Shown here piece by piece: positions 60,471-64,000 of a stretch of 64,000 nucleotides of DNA. Numbering within the stretch: the stretch's first letter is position 1; every line of letters begins with the position of its first letter. Under the pieces are notes generated by a model. The model made no database searches. It had not been told where the DNA came from and saw only the letters and a program-made list of their open reading frames with translations. Both the position numbers and the translations under genes were made by a program. The DNA is from Candidatus Woesearchaeota archaeon (GTDB lineage Archaea; Nanobdellota; Nanobdellia; Pacearchaeales; GW2011-AR1), in contig CAYPLY010000001.1 of assembly GCA_964412025.1 (NCBI GenBank), positions 4,797 through 68,796 on the forward strand, in the 5' to 3' direction.

Positions 60471-61952
60471 TCAGTAACTTCTACCGATATAAACAATTTT
60501 TGTTGCTGGTTTCCCACAGAATAAACACTTTCCTGAAGCCTTTTCATTTTTGTTTGCAAGAGTTCCTCTGACATCTCCTGAGAATTCTTTTTCTATTATC
60601 TCTGCGCAATGTATTCCATTTTTGTCTGTTGAACAAAAATTTATTCTTGCCATCTTTCCTGAGGAGAGGGCATCCTTTATCTCCTTTTTTGTTGAGCATG
60701 ATTGTATTCTATTATTCATAAATTTGTCTGCTTTTTCTCTTAATCTTTTATCAAAATCTATTCCTAAAGAGTTTATCTTCTTTATATCTGATATTTTCAT
60801 TTTTTCTTTATTTTTTGTATCTCTTGTAAAGATAATTATCTCATTATTCTTCAATTCTTTTTCACCCAGCTCAATTCTAAACGGAACTCCCTTTAACTCC
60901 CAAATATGATATTTTTCTCCAGGACGTTTATATTCTCTTTCATCTATTTCTGCTTTAATATTTTCTTTTTCTAATTTATCTAAGATTTCTTTTGATTTAT
61001 TCATTATTTTTTCTTTATTTTCTGTGTTGAATATAGGGATTATAATTACTTGTATAGGCGATAGGGAGTAAGGCAAAATCATCCCAGAATCGTCTCCATG
61101 AGTTGCAATAACTGATGCTAATATCCTAGATACAGCAGGACCATAAGCCGTTGTCCAAAGATACTCTTCTTTTTCTTCTTTATTTTTGAATGTTGCATCA
61201 AACGCTTTTGAGAATTTTTGTCCCATTAAATGTGTTGAAGGTTGTTGAATTAATTTTCCATCTGGCATAAAACAATCTGAACCTACAGTATATTCTGCCC
61301 CGGCGAATTTATCCCACTCGGGTCTTTTCATTGGTAAAAAAGGTATTCCGTAAATTTGATGCATTACTTTTTCTGTTGTGTCTATATCCTCTTGAACCTG
61401 AGCTTCTGCTTCTTCTTTTGTTGCAAAAGCATCATGGCATTCAATCCATATAAATTCTCTCCCTCTTATTAATGGGCGGGTCGCTTTAGTATCCATTCTG
61501 AAGACTGAACCTCTTTGGTATAGTTTCATTGGCAAGTCTCTATGACCTCTTATCCAAAGTTTAAACATTGGAGTATATAGTGTTTCGGAAGTCGGTCTTA
61601 AAGCAAGTTCTTTATTATCCCCTATATCTTTTAACCAAAATACTTCTGGAGTAAATCCCTGAACATGTTCTGACTCCTTCATAAGATTTTCTTTAGGTAT
61701 TACAGAAGGCATAAATGTTGGTAAGTGATGTTTTTTTTGAAGTTCTTTTTCAAGATGTTCAAACATATTCTCTATAGTTAATGCAGCCCAGGGGCGTATT
61801 ATTGTGAATCCTTTAACGTCTAACCTTAAATCTACCAGTTCTGCTTTTTCAATAACTTGTGTAAACCATTCAGAAAAATTCTCTTGTTTTTTTACAGTTA
61901 TTCCCTCTCGGGATTTTTCCTGATTTTCTTCTTTAAACTTCTTTTCTTTCAT
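60471..61952 (-). CDS. proS: Prolyl-tRNA synthetase (archaeal/eukaryotic type)
   Basis: FSEWF, LALRPTSET, RPLIRGREF.W.E.H, WELKGVPFRIELG, ends GRSY. Confidence 0.96.
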   Translation of the reverse strand: MKEKKFKEENQEKSREGITVKKQENFSEWFTQVIEKAELVDLRLDVKGFTIIRPWAALTIENMFEHLEKELQKKHHLPTFMPSVIPKENLMKESEHVQGFTPEVFWLKDIGDNKELALRPTSETLYTPMFKLWIRGHRDLPMKLYQRGSVFRMDTKATRPLIRGREFIWIECHDAFATKEEAEAQVQEDIDTTEKVMHQIYGIPFLPMKRPEWDKFAGAEYTVGSDCFMPDGKLIQQPSTHLMGQKFSKAFDATFKNKEEKEEYLWTTAYGPAVSRILASVIATHGDDSGMILPYSLSPIQVIIIPIFNTENKEKIMNKSKEILDKLEKENIKAEIDEREYKRPGEKYHIWELKGVPFRIELGEKELKNNEIIIFTRDTKNKEKMKISDIKKINSLGIDFDKRLREKADKFMNNRIQSCSTKKEIKDALSSGKMARINFCSTDKNGIHCAEIIEKEFSGDVRGTLANKNEKASGKCLFCGKPATKIVYIGRSY

Positions 61953-62055
61953 GTTTGGATAAGTTAAGGAGCATATTTAAAATTATTTAATTATATAGTA
62001 GACGGTTAAATCTTAAAGTATAAAAAGGTTTTTGGACTTTATTTATTGTTGATTT

Positions 62056-62127
62056 GGGCCCATAGTTCAACGGATAGAATTTCGGGTTTCGGCCCCGGTG
62101 ATGGAGGTTCGATTCCTCCTGGGCTCA
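62056..62127 (+). tRNA. tRNA-Arg(TCG)
   Basis: GGGCCCA/TGGGCTC, TCGGG-TTTCGGC-CCCGG, GGAGG-TTCGATT-CCTCC. Confidence 0.94.
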
Positions 62128-62188
62128 TTTTATATTAAAATAACACATATATCATTAAGTTTTTAATTGGTAGTTGGTTTTATTTGAA

Positions 62189-63523
62189 ATGGTAAAGAGT
62201 TTAAAGGAAAGAGCAAAACAAAGAGCAAATCAGTTAGAGGAAGTTTCAAAAAAAGAAATGCCTCAACCGGGAGATTTTGTAGAAGTGCATTTGGGGAAGG
62301 TTATCTATGAGGGGATATTTTTGGAAAGTCCTGAATCTGAGAAAGGAATTATTTTATTGAAATTAACTAATGGGTATAATATTGGTTTGAATAAGAAAGA
62401 TATTTTTAAGATTGATGTTTTAAAGAAAGCTAAGCATTTTAAGGAAGAGGTTGAATTTAAGAAACATCCTTCAAAACTTAATATTGCTATAATTATTACA
62501 GGAGGAACTATTTCTTCAAGGTATGATTCTAAGACAGGGGGAGTACATCCTCTGGACAGTCCTGAAAGCTTGTTCAGATTTTACCCAGAATTATTTGAGA
62601 GAGTAAATGTTTTGAAAGTTGAAGTTCCATTTATGAAATTTTCTGAAGAAATGAATTTTAAAGATTGGCAAAAGATTGCAAAAACCTGCGAGGATTTATT
62701 GAATAATCCCAATATACAGGGGGTTATTGTAACACATGGAACAGATTTTCTACATTATACTTCTGCAGCATTGAGTTTTATGCTTGGGAAATTAAATAAA
62801 CCGGTGGTTTTAACCTATTCTCAGAGGAGTATTGATAGGGCAAGCTCTGATGCTAATTTAAATTTAATTTGTTCTGCATTCGTCGCAGGAATGAGTGATA
62901 TTGCAGAAGTTGTTTTGGTGGGACATGCCGATTCAGAAGATAATTTTTGTTATGCTCTTCCTGGAACAAAAGTTAGAAAGATGCATACTTCTAGGAGAGA
63001 TGCATTTAAAGTTATAAATGGACAACCTCTAGCAAAGGTTTTTCCGGATGGAAGGGTGGAGGTTTTTAGAGAATTCAATAAAAGGAATAACGGCAAGAAG
63101 GTTAAAGTGGACAAGAAAATTGAAGAGAATGTAGCATTGGTTAAGTTTTATCCAGGACAATCTTCAGATATTTTAGATTATTATCATAAAAAAAATTACA
63201 AGGGAATTGTTTTAGAGTTAAGTGGAATAGGAAATGCTTCCCCCGAATTCATTAACAAGATTAAAGAGCTTTCATCTAAAGGAATGATATTTTGTGGAAC
63301 CTCTCAGTGTATAAATGGAAGGGTAGAAGGTTTAGTTTATTCTTCTGGAAGGAAATTAATAGAAGCAGGGGTTATTTATTTGGGAGATATGCTCTCTGAA
63401 ACTGCTCTTGTAAAGTTGGGGTGGGTTTTGGGACATCCGGATTGGGTAAAGTCAAAGGAAACTATCAAGCAAAAGATGCTTGAAAATATTGCTGGAGAGT
63501 TTAGTAATCGATTGGAGGATTAG
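62189..63523 (+). CDS. gatD: Glu-tRNA(Gln) amidotransferase subunit D
   Basis: LKLTNGYNIG N-domain, TGGTISSR.D..TGGV, HGTD, SQRSIDRASSD, RKMHTSRRDAF. Confidence 0.93.
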   Translation: MVKSLKERAKQRANQLEEVSKKEMPQPGDFVEVHLGKVIYEGIFLESPESEKGIILLKLTNGYNIGLNKKDIFKIDVLKKAKHFKEEVEFKKHPSKLNIAIIITGGTISSRYDSKTGGVHPLDSPESLFRFYPELFERVNVLKVEVPFMKFSEEMNFKDWQKIAKTCEDLLNNPNIQGVIVTHGTDFLHYTSAALSFMLGKLNKPVVLTYSQRSIDRASSDANLNLICSAFVAGMSDIAEVVLVGHADSEDNFCYALPGTKVRKMHTSRRDAFKVINGQPLAKVFPDGRVEVFREFNKRNNGKKVKVDKKIEENVALVKFYPGQSSDILDYYHKKNYKGIVLELSGIGNASPEFINKIKELSSKGMIFCGTSQCINGRVEGLVYSSGRKLIEAGVIYLGDMLSETALVKLGWVLGHPDWVKSKETIKQKMLENIAGEFSNRLED

Positions 63524-63524
63524 A

Positions 63525-64000
63525 ATGACTTTTAGTATCATCGCTGTTGATAGAAAAAATAAATAGTTGGGTGCGGCTTGTTTTAGTAAAGCTTTCGCAG
63601 TTGGAGGTATTGTTCCCGAAGTTAAACTAAAGATAGGGGCAGTATGTACTCAATCTTATCCAAATATTTCTTATAAGGAAGAAGGAATCGAATTAATGAA
63701 GAATTTATCTCCAAGTAATGTAATTGATAAATTGATTGATAATGATAAAGACAAAGAGATACGACAGGTAATTCTTATGAATAGTAAAGGAGAAAGTGCG
63801 GGATTTTCTGGAGAAAAAAATGTTGGATGGAAGGGACATTTGAAAGGCAGGAATCTTATTTGTGCTGGAAATATGCTTGTTGGAGAAAATGTTTTATTAG
63901 AAATGAAAAAAACATTTGAAAATTCTAAAGGGTGTTTAGCTGAGAGATTAATAGGCAGTCTAACTGCCGGAGAGAAGGTAGGGGGAGATAAGAGAAATAG
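63525..64000 (+). pseudogene. DUF1028 (Ntn-hydrolase-like) gene with in-frame TAG at codon 14; runs off window end
   Basis: MTFSIIAVDRKNK*LGAACFSKAFAVGGIVP...GAVCTQS...IRQV...CAGNML...LAERL...GGDKR; TAG at 63564-63566. Confidence 0.75.

Noticed and set aside
63564..63566. Genome-wide TAG recoding
   Set aside because: TAG terminates several conserved genes at their expected ends, and no other internal TAG was seen.

Overview
AT-rich archaeal chromosomal segment, most consistent with a DPANN (Nanobdellota, Pacearchaeota-like) genome. This rests on TFB, TFE, eS8, eL42, eS1, aP0/aP1, GINS, EndA, GatD, TATA boxes about 30 nt upstream of starts and BHB tRNA introns. Most of the window is housekeeping: pgk/gap, four aminoacyl-tRNA synthetases, SRP54/FtsY, ribosomal proteins and 7 tRNAs, two of them with introns. 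There are two large surface loci. One is a 4645-aa adhesin-like protein with a C-terminal tandem HTH, followed by three secreted or anchored genes. The other is a 2475-aa exported protein ending in lytic-transglycosylase and NlpC/P60-CHAP-like domains, next to a class III signal (pilin-like) gene. The most unusual signals lie outside the ORF track. (1) Five in-frame hairpin elements inside the giant gene have stems that covary while the loop and base are conserved. (2) Two tRNA genes (Arg-TCT, Thr-TGT) are each preceded by a roughly 60-nt hairpin that starts with a copy of that tRNA's 5' end and is capped by the same UAAC loop. (3) tRNA-Val carries a 151-nt repeat-built intron. (4) There is an unannotated 25-aa histone-H1-like ORF. 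(5) GlyRS has an extra N-terminal domain and a direct repeat flanking its TATA box. All calls were made by eye from the sequence; no searches or folding programs were run.
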